A stretch of 63,981 bases of DNA, the filler included, from a bacterium (GTDB lineage: Bacteria > UBA9089 > CG2-30-40-21 > SBAY01): NCBI GenBank assembly GCA_040757115.1. It is 6 parts of 6 records of this genome, joined end to end, with 100 filler letters (N's around TTAATTAATTAA, not from the genome) between each part and the next. Parts side by side here need not be neighbours in the genome. Positions count along the whole stretch, not along the records: positions 1 to 25,630 come from JBFLYA010000034.1; 5 more parts are not named here. The stretch is one strand, 5' to 3'. The position numbers and the translations under genes are program-made. Of the stretch, positions 1 through 9,841 are shown piece after piece. A model generated the notes under the pieces. The model was not told the origin of the DNA and ran no database searches. It was given only the letters and a program-made list of their open reading frames with translations. Numbering within the stretch: the first letter of the stretch is position 1; every line of letters starts with the position of its first letter.

Positions 1-113
1 ATTTTTTTCGAGACGATGGCAAGAAGGGAATATTGTGTGTTTTTAAGAGAAAAGGTAGTTTAAATCTCTCATCTTTATTACAAAACATTAGTAATTACAA
101 CAACTTACAAACA

Positions 114-164
114 TTTTCAGGAGAAACACCCATGAACCGTGGGTTCACAAATGAGGATGAAAAT
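114..164 (+). repeat. 51-bp hairpin-containing junction site (copy 1 of 6), consensus TTTTCAGGAGAAA-N4-CATGARCC-N2-3-GGYTCACAAA-N5-ATGAAAAT
   Basis: Same motif at 13378-13428(-), 13544-13594(-), 28728-28777(-), 32477-32527(+) and 48873-48922(+). Confidence 0.85.
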
Positions 165-302
165 AGTAGGTAGGAGATAGAAGGTGGGAGATAGGGAGAT
201 AAGCGTGAGGAGTGGTGTTTTCTTTACTTTCTACTCTCTACTTTCTACTCTCTACTTCCTATGAAATTTGCGGATTATTTTTAACAGGAAGAAAAAATTT
301 TT

Positions 303-659
303 ATGCTGACTTTAGCCGATAAAATTCTAATTGGGACTATTTTAATCGCCGCTGGTCTAAGTACCTGGTGGGTATTTGAATCCAGTATAGGTGAAATAGT
401 AGAAATTCAAACTCCTACGGAAGTAAAAAGGGTGAGTCTTTCTAAACAGCAAACTATATTCGCTCATGGAGCGTTAGGCACAACCACAATCGAAATTAAA
501 GAAAAGAAAGTCCGAGTAATAAATTCCCCCTGTCTACAAAAACTATGTGTCAAGATGGGTTGGAAGGATAAAAATGGACAGATAATTGCCTGTATCCCTA
601 ATAAAATTGTCGTGAAGATAATTAGTACAACTCGAAAACAAAAAGTAGATGCGATGTAG
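303..659 (+). CDS. NusG domain II-like (DUF1312) membrane-anchored protein
   Basis: N-terminal TM helix; SPCxxKxCVxxGW...IACIPNKIVV motif. Confidence 0.8.
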   Translation: MLTLADKILIGTILIAAGLSTWWVFESSIGEIVEIQTPTEVKRVSLSKQQTIFAHGALGTTTIEIKEKKVRVINSPCLQKLCVKMGWKDKNGQIIACIPNKIVVKIISTTRKQKVDAM

Positions 660-753
660 TAGAGCTGTAAAAAAAACACCAGATATGAATAAACCAGATA
701 CGAAGTTCACGAAGAAGTATTCATCCTCTGTTAAGGCAATGTTAAATTTATTG

Positions 754-925
754 GTAACTATTCAGCCACCAAGGCACCAAGACACAAAGAATATAAAAAA
801 TAAACATAGTAGAAGAATCTATTGCCAAAGAAAAAGATTTATCTGCCATTAAGACATGAAGGTTAAAACCTTGTTTTTAATTTGATTTTCTTAGTGCCTT
901 AGTGTCTTTGTGAGTGAACAGTTAC
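754..925. mobile_element. Non-autonomous element with GTAA ends (IS66-like MITE)
   Basis: TIR GTAACTATTCA/TGAACAGTTAC; 8-bp direct repeat ATTTATTG at 746-753 and 926-933. Confidence 0.85.
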
Positions 926-952
926 ATTTATTGTTAGGCAAAAGGATAGAAA

Positions 953-1171
953 ATGACAAGGAAGATTAGAGATCTCATAAGAGATTTACAAAGAGCAGGT
1001 TTTGTTGACAGAGGAGGCAAAGGAGATCATCGTAACTTTGCTCATCCAAATGTCACGAAGCCGATTACTATTTCAGGGAAAGAAGGCGATGACGCAAAGC
1101 ACTATCAAGAAAAAGCTGTCCGCCTTGCCATAGAGGAGGCTAAGAAATGGATGAGGAATATAGGTATGTAA
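953..1171 (+). CDS. hicA: HicA-family mRNA interferase toxin
   Basis: 72 aa; GF..rggKGDHrnF.HP motif. Confidence 0.85.
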   Translation: MTRKIRDLIRDLQRAGFVDRGGKGDHRNFAHPNVTKPITISGKEGDDAKHYQEKAVRLAIEEAKKWMRNIGM

Positions 1172-1386
1172 AGATTGTGGAATGGTCTGATGAGGACGGC
1201 TGCTTCATAGGCAGTTGTCCAGAGCTTTTCTACGGAGGGTGCCATGGAGATAATGAATACAGGGTTTTCGATGAGTTATGCCAGATTGTAGAAGAAACGA
1301 TAAGAATTTATCGGCAGGATGGTAAACCGCTACCTTCTCCACTTTCTGGTAGAGAGTTGGTGAATACACTCCAGAAGGTTGCCTAA
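1147..1386 (+). CDS. hicB: HicB-family antitoxin
   Basis: Y...VEWSDEDGCFIG.CPEL..GCHG...GKPLP motif; overlaps hicA. Confidence 0.85.
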   Translation: MDEEYRYVKIVEWSDEDGCFIGSCPELFYGGCHGDNEYRVFDELCQIVEETIRIYRQDGKPLPSPLSGRELVNTLQKVA

Positions 1387-1514
1387 CCAGGCGTTGCAGA
1401 CGGACGGCGGGGGACTGTGCTGTGATTGAAAGTTTTGTAGTATCTCAAGGGGTAATCGTGCTTATAAAGTTTAGTGGTAATCCTCCCCGCCACCGCTGAA
1501 CTCTGTCGTTAGTA
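1381..1514 (+). other. attC recombination site (134 bp)
   Basis: R'' GCCTAAC (contains the hicB stop), 5-nt spacer, L'' GTTGCAG with one extra base relative to L' GCTGAAC (1495-1501), 6-nt spacer, R' GTTAGTA (1508-1514); inner arms GGCGGGGGA/TCCCCGCC. Confidence 0.85.
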
Positions 1515-1720
1515 TTTAGCCAGAGATTGGCACGGATAGATAGAATGGGTTTAAAAGGATGAAAAGATACTAAACAAGAAAAGCGATTTGCTTTTTAAAG
1601 GTTGAATTTAGATGATATGTCTTAAAAATCAGTGTTTCATCCGTGTGTATCTGTGGCTGAATAATTACTATTATCTTTGTATCCTCGTGCCTTCGTGGCT
1701 AATTTTCAAAGGAAGAGAAA

Positions 1721-3517
1721 ATGGAACTTTCGCATATCCGTAATTTTAGTATTATTGCCCATATTGACCATGGAAAATCTACCCTGGCAGATAGATTATT
1801 GGAATATACCAATACGATTGATAAGCGTCAGATGCGAGACCAGGTGTTAGACAATATGGACCTGGAACGAGAACGCGGAATTACGATTAAGGCTCATCCG
1901 GTCAGAATGGAATATACCGCCTGGGATGGAAAAACCTACACTTTGAATCTTATTGATACACCAGGACATGTTGATTTTACTTATGAAGTATCTCGAAGTC
2001 TGGCCGCAACGGAAGGAGTATTACTTTTAATCGATGCCTCTCAAGGCGTAGAAGCTCAAACATTAGCCCATACATTATTAACCAGAAGTCTAAATAAGGC
2101 GATTATTCCGGTCATTACAAAAGTAGATTTGCCAAATATTGATGTTCCTTTAGTAAAAAAACAACTTGCGGAGATTTTAAAACTAAATCCCGATAAAGCC
2201 ATTTTAGCCAGTGGCAAGGAAGGTATTGGTATTGATGAAATATTAGAATCTATTGTTGATGAGATTCCACCACCTACGGGCGATGCGAATAAATCCTTAC
2301 AGGCATTGATTTTTGATTCATGGTTTGATGTCTATCGTGGTGTCGTCGTCTATATTCGGGTATTTCAAGGACAAATAAAACCTGGAATGGAGATTAAATT
2401 AATGTCTAATGATAAGACATATCTCGTGAGTGAAGTTGGCTCATTAAAATTAGACCTGATTCCAACAGATGTCTTGAAAGCCGGGGAGGTAGGATATGTC
2501 ATTGCCGGGATAAAAAATCTTGCTGATGTCAAAATCGGGGATACCATCACCACGGTATATTTTGCGGCAAAAGAGCCTTTACCCGGATACCGTGAATTAA
2601 AACCTATGGTTTTCTGCAGTATTTATCCTGGGGTTAATTCGAGTTTCCCTGAATTACAAAATGCAGTGGAGAAATTAAGATTAAATGATGCCTCCTGGAT
2701 ATATGAGCCAGAAACCTCAACGGCATTAGGATTTGGATATAGATGTGGGTTTTTAGGATTATTACATATGGAGATAATTTCTGAACGGCTTTATCGAGAA
2801 TACGAATTAGATTTAATCTCAACCGCTCCATCAGTTCCATATCGGATTACGAAAAAAAATGATGATGTCGTAATGATTGATACCCCGATTCATTTCCCAA
2901 ATATCGCAGAAATAGCTAAGGCTGAAGAACCTTATATTAAAGCCACAGTGTTAGTTCCTAATGAATATGTTGGGGGGGTATTAAAACTTCTCCAGTTAAA
3001 ACGAGGCATCCAGAAATCATTAAATTATCTCGAAGGAAATCGAGTAATGATTATTTATGAATTGCCACTCTCGGATGTTTTGTTTGACTTTTATGATAAA
3101 TTAAAATCTGTAAGTAGAGGATATGCCTCTTTAGATTATGAATATATGGATTATCGGCAAGTCCGGTTAGTCAAGGTCGATATTTTATTAGCCAATGAAA
3201 TTGTTGATGCGTTATCTTTTTTTGTGCCACAGGAAAAGGCATATCAACGAGGTAAGGACCTGGTGCTTAAATTAAAAGAGGTTATTCCCAGACATCAGTT
3301 TGCCGTGGCGATTCAGGCGGCTATTGGTGGCAAAATCATTGCTCGTGAGACTATTCCCCATCTCGGAAAACATGTCACGGGCAAATGCTACGGCGGTGAT
3401 ATTACCCGCAAAAGAAAACTATGGGAAAAACAAAAAGAAGGGAAAAAGAAAATGAAGTCATTTGGCAGGGTAAATCTGCCTAAAGAGGCATTCCATGCCA
3501 TCCTTAAGATTGAATAG
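1721..3517 (+). CDS. lepA: Elongation factor 4 (LepA)
   Basis: IRNFSIIAHIDHGKSTLADR, LIDTPGHVDF and C-terminal KCYGGDITRKRKL. Confidence 0.98.
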   Translation: MELSHIRNFSIIAHIDHGKSTLADRLLEYTNTIDKRQMRDQVLDNMDLERERGITIKAHPVRMEYTAWDGKTYTLNLIDTPGHVDFTYEVSRSLAATEGVLLLIDASQGVEAQTLAHTLLTRSLNKAIIPVITKVDLPNIDVPLVKKQLAEILKLNPDKAILASGKEGIGIDEILESIVDEIPPPTGDANKSLQALIFDSWFDVYRGVVVYIRVFQGQIKPGMEIKLMSNDKTYLVSEVGSLKLDLIPTDVLKAGEVGYVIAGIKNLADVKIGDTITTVYFAAKEPLPGYRELKPMVFCSIYPGVNSSFPELQNAVEKLRLNDASWIYEPETSTALGFGYRCGFLGLLHMEIISERLYREYELDLISTAPSVPYRITKKNDDVVMIDTPIHFPNIAEIAKAEEPYIKATVLVPNEYVGGVLKLLQLKRGIQKSLNYLEGNRVMIIYELPLSDVLFDFYDKLKSVSRGYASLDYEYMDYRQVRLVKVDILLANEIVDALSFFVPQEKAYQRGKDLVLKLKEVIPRHQFAVAIQAAIGGKIIARETIPHLGKHVTGKCYGGDITRKRKLWEKQKEGKKKMKSFGRVNLPKEAFHAILKIE

Positions 3518-3596
3518 TGTCGTGTTAAGGGGGGTATCATTAGGTTTCGTAACCTGCAAATGCAATAGCCTTATAACCTCTTAGCTAAAATCAGCG

Positions 3597-4988
3597 TTAC
3601 TTTACAGAAGAAGCACCACCTTCTCCCACTGCCTCTAAATAGCAAATATAGACGCCGATTGGTAGAATATCTCCGTCTTCATCTTGACCATTCCAGGTAA
3701 TACGATGGTCTTCCTTTGCTATTTTATATTCTTGTTCGATTAATCTTTTAACTAATCTTCCTCGAATATCATAGATTCTGATGGAAACATAGCTGGATTT
3801 TGAGAGTGAGTAAATAAGGCTAAAATTCTTTCCTTCTTCTGGACATAAGGTTTTATTTATTATCGTTACTATCCTAATTTCAGGAGGTTTTTCCGCAGAT
3901 GAAATTATCTCATTGGGCAAACCTGAAGTCGGTATAGAAACATACCAATCATTTTTAGAGTTGGTATCTGAAAGGGCATTTCTTGCTATTGACTGCCCGG
4001 CAGAGACCTTTGTGCTATCTATTGCCTCTCCTTGCCATTTCAAAGAGTTAATCAGCTCATTTCTATCTTTATCTTCATCTGCGGGTGGGGTATCATTTGC
4101 CCAACAAACTCCATCTATTATCTCATCGAGGAGATTAAAAAGAACCATCTGGTCAGTAGTTGAGGTAATGGATTCCTTATCTGTAAAAAGGTTTATCCGA
4201 CCATTAATTCCAAAGGTATCATCTTGCCCGGCGAGCCCATAATGTAACAATAAAAACTCACCTGTTTTAATCGTGCAACTCCCAATTATCTTATCTTCAT
4301 CACCATCTAAATCGTTAAAATAAAACCCTTTTATTTCGGCACCATTACCTTTATTCCCATCATCTACACAATAAACTTCAACCCAATCATTGCTCGTAGA
4401 AAACATTATCTCATTGATAAGTAATTTAACCCCTTGAATACCAGGAACATCTAAATAAACACTATTTTGTTTTCCAGGAGTCCCATAAGGGGTTTTCGAG
4501 GAATCCCAATAGAAGTCAGTATTTGAGCCCGATGGATAAATCTTTTCTAATGTCCGACCACTATTAACGGTGCCTGCACCCCAATCATTATCATAAGTTA
4601 ATATATTGACCGGAGTTAAATTATCCTTTAAAGTTAAGGTATCCGTGTTATCATCTAACGAGAAATTCCCTAATTCAACTATATTTATTTGGTCCGGGTA
4701 ACCATATTTATTAAATGTATCTTTATCTTCTATTAGCACTAAATAGTCATAGGATTTAATAGTTGTGGCTGCAGGAATGATTTTATCCTTTGAGCCATCA
4801 TTAAATATCCATTTAGAAATATCAATCTCCTCTTGTGTAGGATTATAAAGTTCTACCCATTCACCTTTAAAGTCTCCGACAAAAGAGGGGGCATCAAACA
4901 TTACTTCATTAATGATGACCGTATCTTGTCCCCACACTATCTCTATTTTTAAAAATACAAGGAGAATAATTATTACCTTTCTCCACAT
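3597..4988 (-). CDS. Secreted protein with two lamin-tail domains and a C-terminal FlgD-Ig-like domain
   Basis: Signal peptide; two INEVMF/INEIMF...EWVEL/DWVEV motifs; IRIYDIRGRLVK...WNGQDEDG..LPIGVY. Confidence 0.8.
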   Translation of the reverse strand: MWRKVIIILLVFLKIEIVWGQDTVIINEVMFDAPSFVGDFKGEWVELYNPTQEEIDISKWIFNDGSKDKIIPAATTIKSYDYLVLIEDKDTFNKYGYPDQINIVELGNFSLDDNTDTLTLKDNLTPVNILTYDNDWGAGTVNSGRTLEKIYPSGSNTDFYWDSSKTPYGTPGKQNSVYLDVPGIQGVKLLINEIMFSTSNDWVEVYCVDDGNKGNGAEIKGFYFNDLDGDEDKIIGSCTIKTGEFLLLHYGLAGQDDTFGINGRINLFTDKESITSTTDQMVLFNLLDEIIDGVCWANDTPPADEDKDRNELINSLKWQGEAIDSTKVSAGQSIARNALSDTNSKNDWYVSIPTSGLPNEIISSAEKPPEIRIVTIINKTLCPEEGKNFSLIYSLSKSSYVSIRIYDIRGRLVKRLIEQEYKIAKEDHRITWNGQDEDGDILPIGVYICYLEAVGEGGASSVK

Positions 4989-4998
4989 AACCTCTCTC

Positions 4999-5064
4999 TA
5001 TACACTCTAAAAATCGTAGATAGTCCTCATCCGTAAGAAAGATTGTTCTTCTTTCAATACCTAC
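4999..5064 (-). pseudogene. Short remnant resembling the N-terminus of a Y1/REP-associated tyrosine transposase
   Basis: Translates VGIERRTIFLTDEDYLRFLECI, similar to the RG.....IF..D.DY..FL motif; rest of gene absent. Confidence 0.45.
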
Positions 5065-5143
5065 GGTTACCAATAAAAAAGTCGGGGAAGAGCTGAGATT
5101 AGTATACAAAATGTTGAAACAAATGTCAATGAGATTTTACGCA

Positions 5144-5179
5144 ATTAACCCCGTTAGAATTTTGTCTAACAGGGTTAAT
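5144..5179. terminator. Hairpin downstream of glnA (terminator or REP-like palindrome)
   Basis: ATTAACCCCGTTAGA / TCTAACAGGGTTAAT inverted repeat. Confidence 0.5.
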
Positions 5180-5228
5180 CTACGGTAAAGATTATCTATA
5201 TCTCAATGGTTATCGTAAAGGTATTCCT

Positions 5229-6554
5229 TTACAGAATCGAAAGATACTTATCTAACTCGTACTGAGTTACCTGAATCCGATAATCTTCCCATTCCTTCTT
5301 TTTCAAATTAATGAATCTTGGGAAGATATGGTCGCCAAGTGTCTTTTTGACTAATTCGCTCTTTTCAGCAATGGATACTGCCTCTCCCAGACTACCTGGT
5401 AATGATTCAATCCCCAATTCTTTCCTTTCGTCATCAGTTAAATGATAGAGATTTTTCTCCATTGGCTCTGAGAGTGTATATCCTTTTTCAATGCCATCTA
5501 AGCCTGCCTGAAGCATCACGGCGAAGGTAAGGTATGGATTGCAAGCAGGGTCAGGACACCTTAACTCTGCCCTGGTGGCTTGCTCCTTGCCTGGATGATA
5601 GACCGGGATTCTCATTAACGCTGAGCGGTTACGATTACTCCAGGCAATATAAACAGGTGCTTCATAACCCGGGACAAGCCGTTTATAAGAATTCACCCAC
5701 TGGGCAAAAATAGCGCTCATCTCTTTAGCATAGGTTAATTGTCCGGCAATAAACTGTTTGGCGACATTGCTTAAGTGATATTTATCGTTTGGGTCAAAGA
5801 AGGCGTTCTTATTTCCTTTAAAGAGGGATTGGTGGGTATGCATACCACTACCATTTATCCCAAAGACTGGCTTGGGCATAAATGTGGCATAGACTCCATA
5901 TTTCTGAGCTATTTCCTTGACCACTAAACGATAGGTCATAACATTGTCTGCCATCTTCAGTGCATCTGCATACCTCATATCAATCTCATGTTGGCTATGG
6001 CCTACTTCATGGTGACTATATTCAATATGAATACCCATTGCTTCTAAAGCCAGAATGGTTTCGCGCCGCAAATCACTTCCTGCATCAAGGGTAGTCAAAT
6101 CAAAATAGCCTCCTTCGTCAAGCACATCAGTAGCATCAGAGGAATTGAAGTAGAAATACTCAAGCTCTGGTCCAAGATAATAATGGTCAAAACCCATCTC
6201 TTCCATCCTCTTTAATGCCCTTTTCAAGACATATCTTGGGTCTCCTTCATATTTTTTACCTCCAGGCACCAAAATATCACAAAACATCCTGGCTACAGCA
6301 TTCTCTTTTGGTCTCCAGGGAAGTAATTGGAATGTCTCTGGGTTAGGCATAGCAATCATATCGCTTTCCTCAATATCTTGATAGCCGGTGATTGACGAGC
6401 CATCAAACCCCATTCCATGGTCTAAGGCATTCTCAATCTCCTTGTCGGTTATGGCAAAACTTTTTAACTGACCGAGAACATCTGTAAACCATAACCGAGT
6501 AAACTTTACATTGTTCTCCTTGACTAATTTGAGCACATCATCTTTGGTTAGCAT
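5229..6554 (-). CDS. glnA: Glutamine synthetase type I (copy 1)
   Basis: FDGSSI, GPELEY, HHEV, ATFMPKP..GINGSGMHTH, KRLVPGYEAP and ELRCPDPACNPYL; start moved to the ATG at 6554 behind GGAGG. Confidence 0.95.
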   Translation of the reverse strand: MLTKDDVLKLVKENNVKFTRLWFTDVLGQLKSFAITDKEIENALDHGMGFDGSSITGYQDIEESDMIAMPNPETFQLLPWRPKENAVARMFCDILVPGGKKYEGDPRYVLKRALKRMEEMGFDHYYLGPELEYFYFNSSDATDVLDEGGYFDLTTLDAGSDLRRETILALEAMGIHIEYSHHEVGHSQHEIDMRYADALKMADNVMTYRLVVKEIAQKYGVYATFMPKPVFGINGSGMHTHQSLFKGNKNAFFDPNDKYHLSNVAKQFIAGQLTYAKEMSAIFAQWVNSYKRLVPGYEAPVYIAWSNRNRSALMRIPVYHPGKEQATRAELRCPDPACNPYLTFAVMLQAGLDGIEKGYTLSEPMEKNLYHLTDDERKELGIESLPGSLGEAVSIAEKSELVKKTLGDHIFPRFINLKKKEWEDYRIQVTQYELDKYLSIL

Positions 6555-6673
6555 ATCTAACACCTCCATCTTTATTTTTTACCCTGTATAACGAGGGATA
6601 TATATTAAAGTAAAAAATCAGCCCTTTTGGTAACCTCTTTTCTCATCTTAATCCGTGTGACAAACTTTTAATA

Positions 6674-6741
6674 GTAAGCGGATTTAGCAGATTGAGCGGA
6701 TTTTTTTATTTTTTTCCGCTCAATCCGTTCAATCCGCTTAC
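6674..6741. repeat. GTAAGCGG...CCGCTTAC palindromic repeat (second copy at 63760-63847)
   Basis: GCGGATT units and their complements; shared flanks AATA and AATAAAAAATG. Confidence 0.75.
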
Positions 6742-6783
6742 AATAAAAAATGTAATCTGTTTAATCAGCTTACAAAAAAATTA

Positions 6784-6853
6784 TTGACAAATAATAAAAA
6801 TAGTGTTATAATTGTATCAAATATTGAAGCGATTAGTGAGATTAATCGCTTCA
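6784..6853 (+). promoter_or_regulatory. sigma70 promoter and operator-like palindrome of the Fic gene
   Basis: TTGACA(6784)-17 bp-TATAAT(6807); perfect 11-bp inverted repeat TGAAGCGATTA-N7-TAATCGCTTCA at 6825-6853. Confidence 0.7.
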
Positions 6854-6869
6854 TGGGGTGGCATAAAAC

Positions 6870-7985
6870 ATGAAATATATCTGGCAATGTTCGTTATGGC
6901 CGAAATTGACCTGGGATAGTGATGCTCTTGTGTTTTTATTGGGACAAGCAAGGTTTGCCCAGGGGGCTCTTCTTGGACGCATCAAAGGCCTTGGTTTTAA
7001 GTTGGGAGAAGAGGCTCAGGCGGATATCCTTACGGAAGAAACCATTAAAACTGCCGCCATTGAAGGGGAGCAATTAAATCCTCAAATGGTGCGTTCATCA
7101 GTTGCTAGACATTTAGGATTACGAATGGCAGGTTTGATTCCATCTACCCGACCTATAGACGGATTAGTTGAGGTTATTTTAGATGCGACACAAGGGTATG
7201 ATAAAAGTCTTTCTGCGGACAGGCTAAAAGGATGGCAAGCGGCATTATTTCCATCAGGCTACTCTGGTTTTCATAACATCCAGATTGGGCAATGGCGTAA
7301 AGAAGGGCTTATGCGCGTAGTATCCAGTCCGGTAGAACGAGAGAAAATTCATTTTGAAGCACCTCCAGGCGAAATGGTAGAGGCTGAAATGCAGAAGTTT
7401 CTCCACTGGTGGGAATCAAGTCTTAAAACCACAGATGGTATTTTACGTGCGGGCATTGCACATTTTTATTTTGTTACCATCCATCCGTTCGAGGATGGTA
7501 ATGGCCGTATTGCCCGCGCATTGACAGATATGGCGCTTGCTCAGGACGAAAAACTTAAGCTCCGTTATTACAGCCTTTCGTCTCAGATTATGGAAGAAAG
7601 GGATGGGTATTATGATATTCTCGAAAAATGTTCAAAGGCAGACAGTACTGATGTGACCAAATGGCTTGTGTGGTTCTTAGGATGTTTCCAGCGAGCCATT
7701 AAAAGGTCCAATAAGATTATCGGCAATGTATTAACAAAGGCAGAGTTTTGGCATCAGCACGCTCAAACTGAACTTAACGAACGCCAAAAAAAGGTTATAA
7801 ACCGTATCCTGGAAGTTGGACAGGAAAACTTTACCGGTGGACTAACCACGCGTAAATATGTGAGTATGGCAAAGGTTAGCCGTGCAACAGCATTTCGTGA
7901 AATTGCAGATATGCTTGAGAAAAAAATATTGCAACCGCTGCCAGGGAAAGGACGCAGTGTTCACTACGATTTGGTGTGGCCATAG
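6870..7985 (+). CDS. Fic-family protein (DUF4172-type N-terminus, C-terminal HTH)
   Basis: HPFEDGNGRIAR Fic motif; YIWQ...WP N-terminus. Confidence 0.92.
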   Translation: MKYIWQCSLWPKLTWDSDALVFLLGQARFAQGALLGRIKGLGFKLGEEAQADILTEETIKTAAIEGEQLNPQMVRSSVARHLGLRMAGLIPSTRPIDGLVEVILDATQGYDKSLSADRLKGWQAALFPSGYSGFHNIQIGQWRKEGLMRVVSSPVEREKIHFEAPPGEMVEAEMQKFLHWWESSLKTTDGILRAGIAHFYFVTIHPFEDGNGRIARALTDMALAQDEKLKLRYYSLSSQIMEERDGYYDILEKCSKADSTDVTKWLVWFLGCFQRAIKRSNKIIGNVLTKAEFWHQHAQTELNERQKKVINRILEVGQENFTGGLTTRKYVSMAKVSRATAFREIADMLEKKILQPLPGKGRSVHYDLVWP

Positions 7986-8029
7986 GAATAAACATTGCAG
8001 TAAAAATGTAATAAAGGGATTATTAATAG

Positions 8030-8424
8030 GTAACTATTCAGCCACAGATGGACACGGCTGAAACACTGAAAATTCGTGAATCGTGTCCGGTATCCGTGTC
8101 CGTAGTCAGGCTGAAGGGTTCTTCTGAAAATCGGGACTCGGGAAGGCTGGTAGCCGCACGACCCATGCTCTGCATGGGTGCCCCGAGCCTGATTTCACCT
8201 GTGCCAGTGGAAGAGATTTCCACCCCCTTAATCCCCCGCCAGCGGGGGACAACCTGCCTCTGACCTCTATCTTCTGCCCTCTGCCTTCTGACCTCTGCCT
8301 TCTGCCCTCTGTCTTCTGCTATTTATCCGTGTTAATCTGTGGTTGAATAATTACTGGAATAGTTACCATATTTTTTCTTCGTGGTCTTCGTGCCCTTCGT
8401 GGTTTACCTTAACTGCACAGGTCG
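8030..8424. mobile_element. Composite of nested non-autonomous element fragments
   Basis: GTAACTATTCAGCCAC left end, CCCCCGCCAGCGGGG palindrome, heptamer run (TCTGMCY)n, TGAATAATTAC and CACAGGTCG right ends. Confidence 0.65.
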
Positions 8425-8443
8425 AAATTTTCCTTTTGATTTT

Positions 8444-8704
8444 TTATGGATTTTTCAATACTTTATTATGAACTCCAATCTTTCTTAAAATTATAGTATC
8501 ATTTTCAATTTGAAATGTCATTCTATATTTAACAGTAACATATGCCTCCCATTTATCTCTGGTGCCCTTAATCTTATGAATCTGCAAAGAAGGATGTTTA
8601 AGATTAGTTGCCAAAAAAACAATTTGTTTATCTGCCACCTTCTTTATCTCTTTAGGCAAAGCCTTATAATCTTCCTTAAAAGGTTCTGGAATTCTCAATC
8701 TCAT
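8444..8704 (-). CDS. RelE/ParE-superfamily toxin
   Basis: 86 aa; F..DYK.LP...HPSLQIHKIKG...WE..V...YRMTF......LRKIG.H. Confidence 0.75.
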   Translation of the reverse strand: MRLRIPEPFKEDYKALPKEIKKVADKQIVFLATNLKHPSLQIHKIKGTRDKWEAYVTVKYRMTFQIENDTIILRKIGVHNKVLKNP

Positions 8705-8943
8705 TTATTTAACCACTCTAAAGCCTGATTTGGGGCATCAAAATCACAGTATCTGCCTTCATGAAGTGCCATATCAACCAGTTTTTCTCCCTTTTGCCAT
8801 TCTTCTGTCCAAAAATATGCTTGTTCGGGCTCAGTTGTTTTAAACCTTAAAAAATGGATGAAATCTACCACCTCACAAACAGCATAATCGGGCAATCTTT
8901 CTAATTCTTTCAATATCTCTTTTTGGGCAACACTTTCTACCAT
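8701..8943 (-). CDS. Putative antitoxin (DUF2281-like N-terminus)
   Basis: LP....EVVDFIHFL plus QAYFWTEEWQ motif; overlaps the toxin gene by 4 bp. Confidence 0.65.
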   Translation of the reverse strand: MVESVAQKEILKELERLPDYAVCEVVDFIHFLRFKTTEPEQAYFWTEEWQKGEKLVDMALHEGRYCDFDAPNQALEWLNK

Positions 8944-9132
8944 ATTTAACCCCCCTTTACTGTTAAATGAGCTCTCTCAACATCTCCAGAGCTCGGATTT
9001 GACTGAAGTTTAAACCACCCGTTCTTGTATCTTCCCCCCAATTTTTACCTTCACAACATCACCGATTTCTGATTTATTCCAGGGCACCTTCCTTTTACCT
9101 ACAAGGGAATAATGCACCCTTTTATATCAACC

Positions 9133-9366
9133 TTACCTATCCATTTGTTGAGAAAGCTCTCCAACTGATTTATCTGCACGCCTCAGTCTGCTTACCTCAA
9201 GCCCCGTAACTTCTACATCCTTATCCAACAAGATGGTCATAGAGGCTCCGGTGTCAGCCAAAAAACTGATTTCTTCTGTAACCCCAATCGTTTCTGAATA
9301 TATCACTGCATCAACAAAAGGGGCTATTGGCTTAAACGAGTAATCAAAGTATCCTTCTATCCTCAT
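9133..9366 (-). pseudogene. Retropepsin-like aspartyl protease, apparently truncated at the C-terminus
   Basis: FLADTGASMTIL motif; only 77 aa and no C-terminal LGRD motif. Confidence 0.6.
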
Positions 9367-9623
9367 AGAATCAACTCAATTCCCTTCCTGCTTACATATT
9401 TAATTAAAGGTTTCTCACGCTTTAGTTTGGCGGGTATTCTATCTTTAAGCTCCTCTAAATTGGAAGCATCAGCAACTATCTTTTTATTCCAGATAGCTAC
9501 GAATTCCTCAGGATACCCCTTTACTAATTCCTGATAATTTTTTAGAAACCATTCACGGTCTCTTCTACCTTTCTCAAACATCTTTCTATAAAGCCTATTC
9601 TGAGATACTGACATTATTTTCAC
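9363..9623 (-). CDS. DUF5678-like small protein
   Basis: WF..NY.EL...YP.EFVAI...KIVA motif; upstream partner of the aspartyl protease. Confidence 0.65.
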   Translation of the reverse strand: MKIMSVSQNRLYRKMFEKGRRDREWFLKNYQELVKGYPEEFVAIWNKKIVADASNLEELKDRIPAKLKREKPLIKYVSRKGIELIL

Positions 9624-9841
9624 CTCTCAAATCATACAGACTCTTTGACTTCGTGACATTTCACACCAGCAGAACATCTCTCCTTTGATGCAAAATTGAT
9701 AGGTGACTTATCCAACTTCCTCCTTTTCTGAAACTGATAGAAATTTGCTTTTTGAGTATTTCGGATGTTACCTTCACTTTTGCCCATTATGAAAATATTT
9801 TACCAAAATCTTTCCCTATTGTCAACAAAAATTCTCGACCT

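Larger units (their letters stand above)
933..1514 (+). mobile_element. Solo integron gene cassette carrying hicAB
   Basis: GTTAGGC at 933-939 is the exact complement of GCCTAAC at 1381-1387; attC follows hicB. Confidence 0.8.

Noticed and set aside
8944-8968. Collapsed attC (ATTTAAC...GTTAAAT)
   Set aside because: Only 11 nt between the boxes and no L boxes; likely chance in AT-rich DNA.
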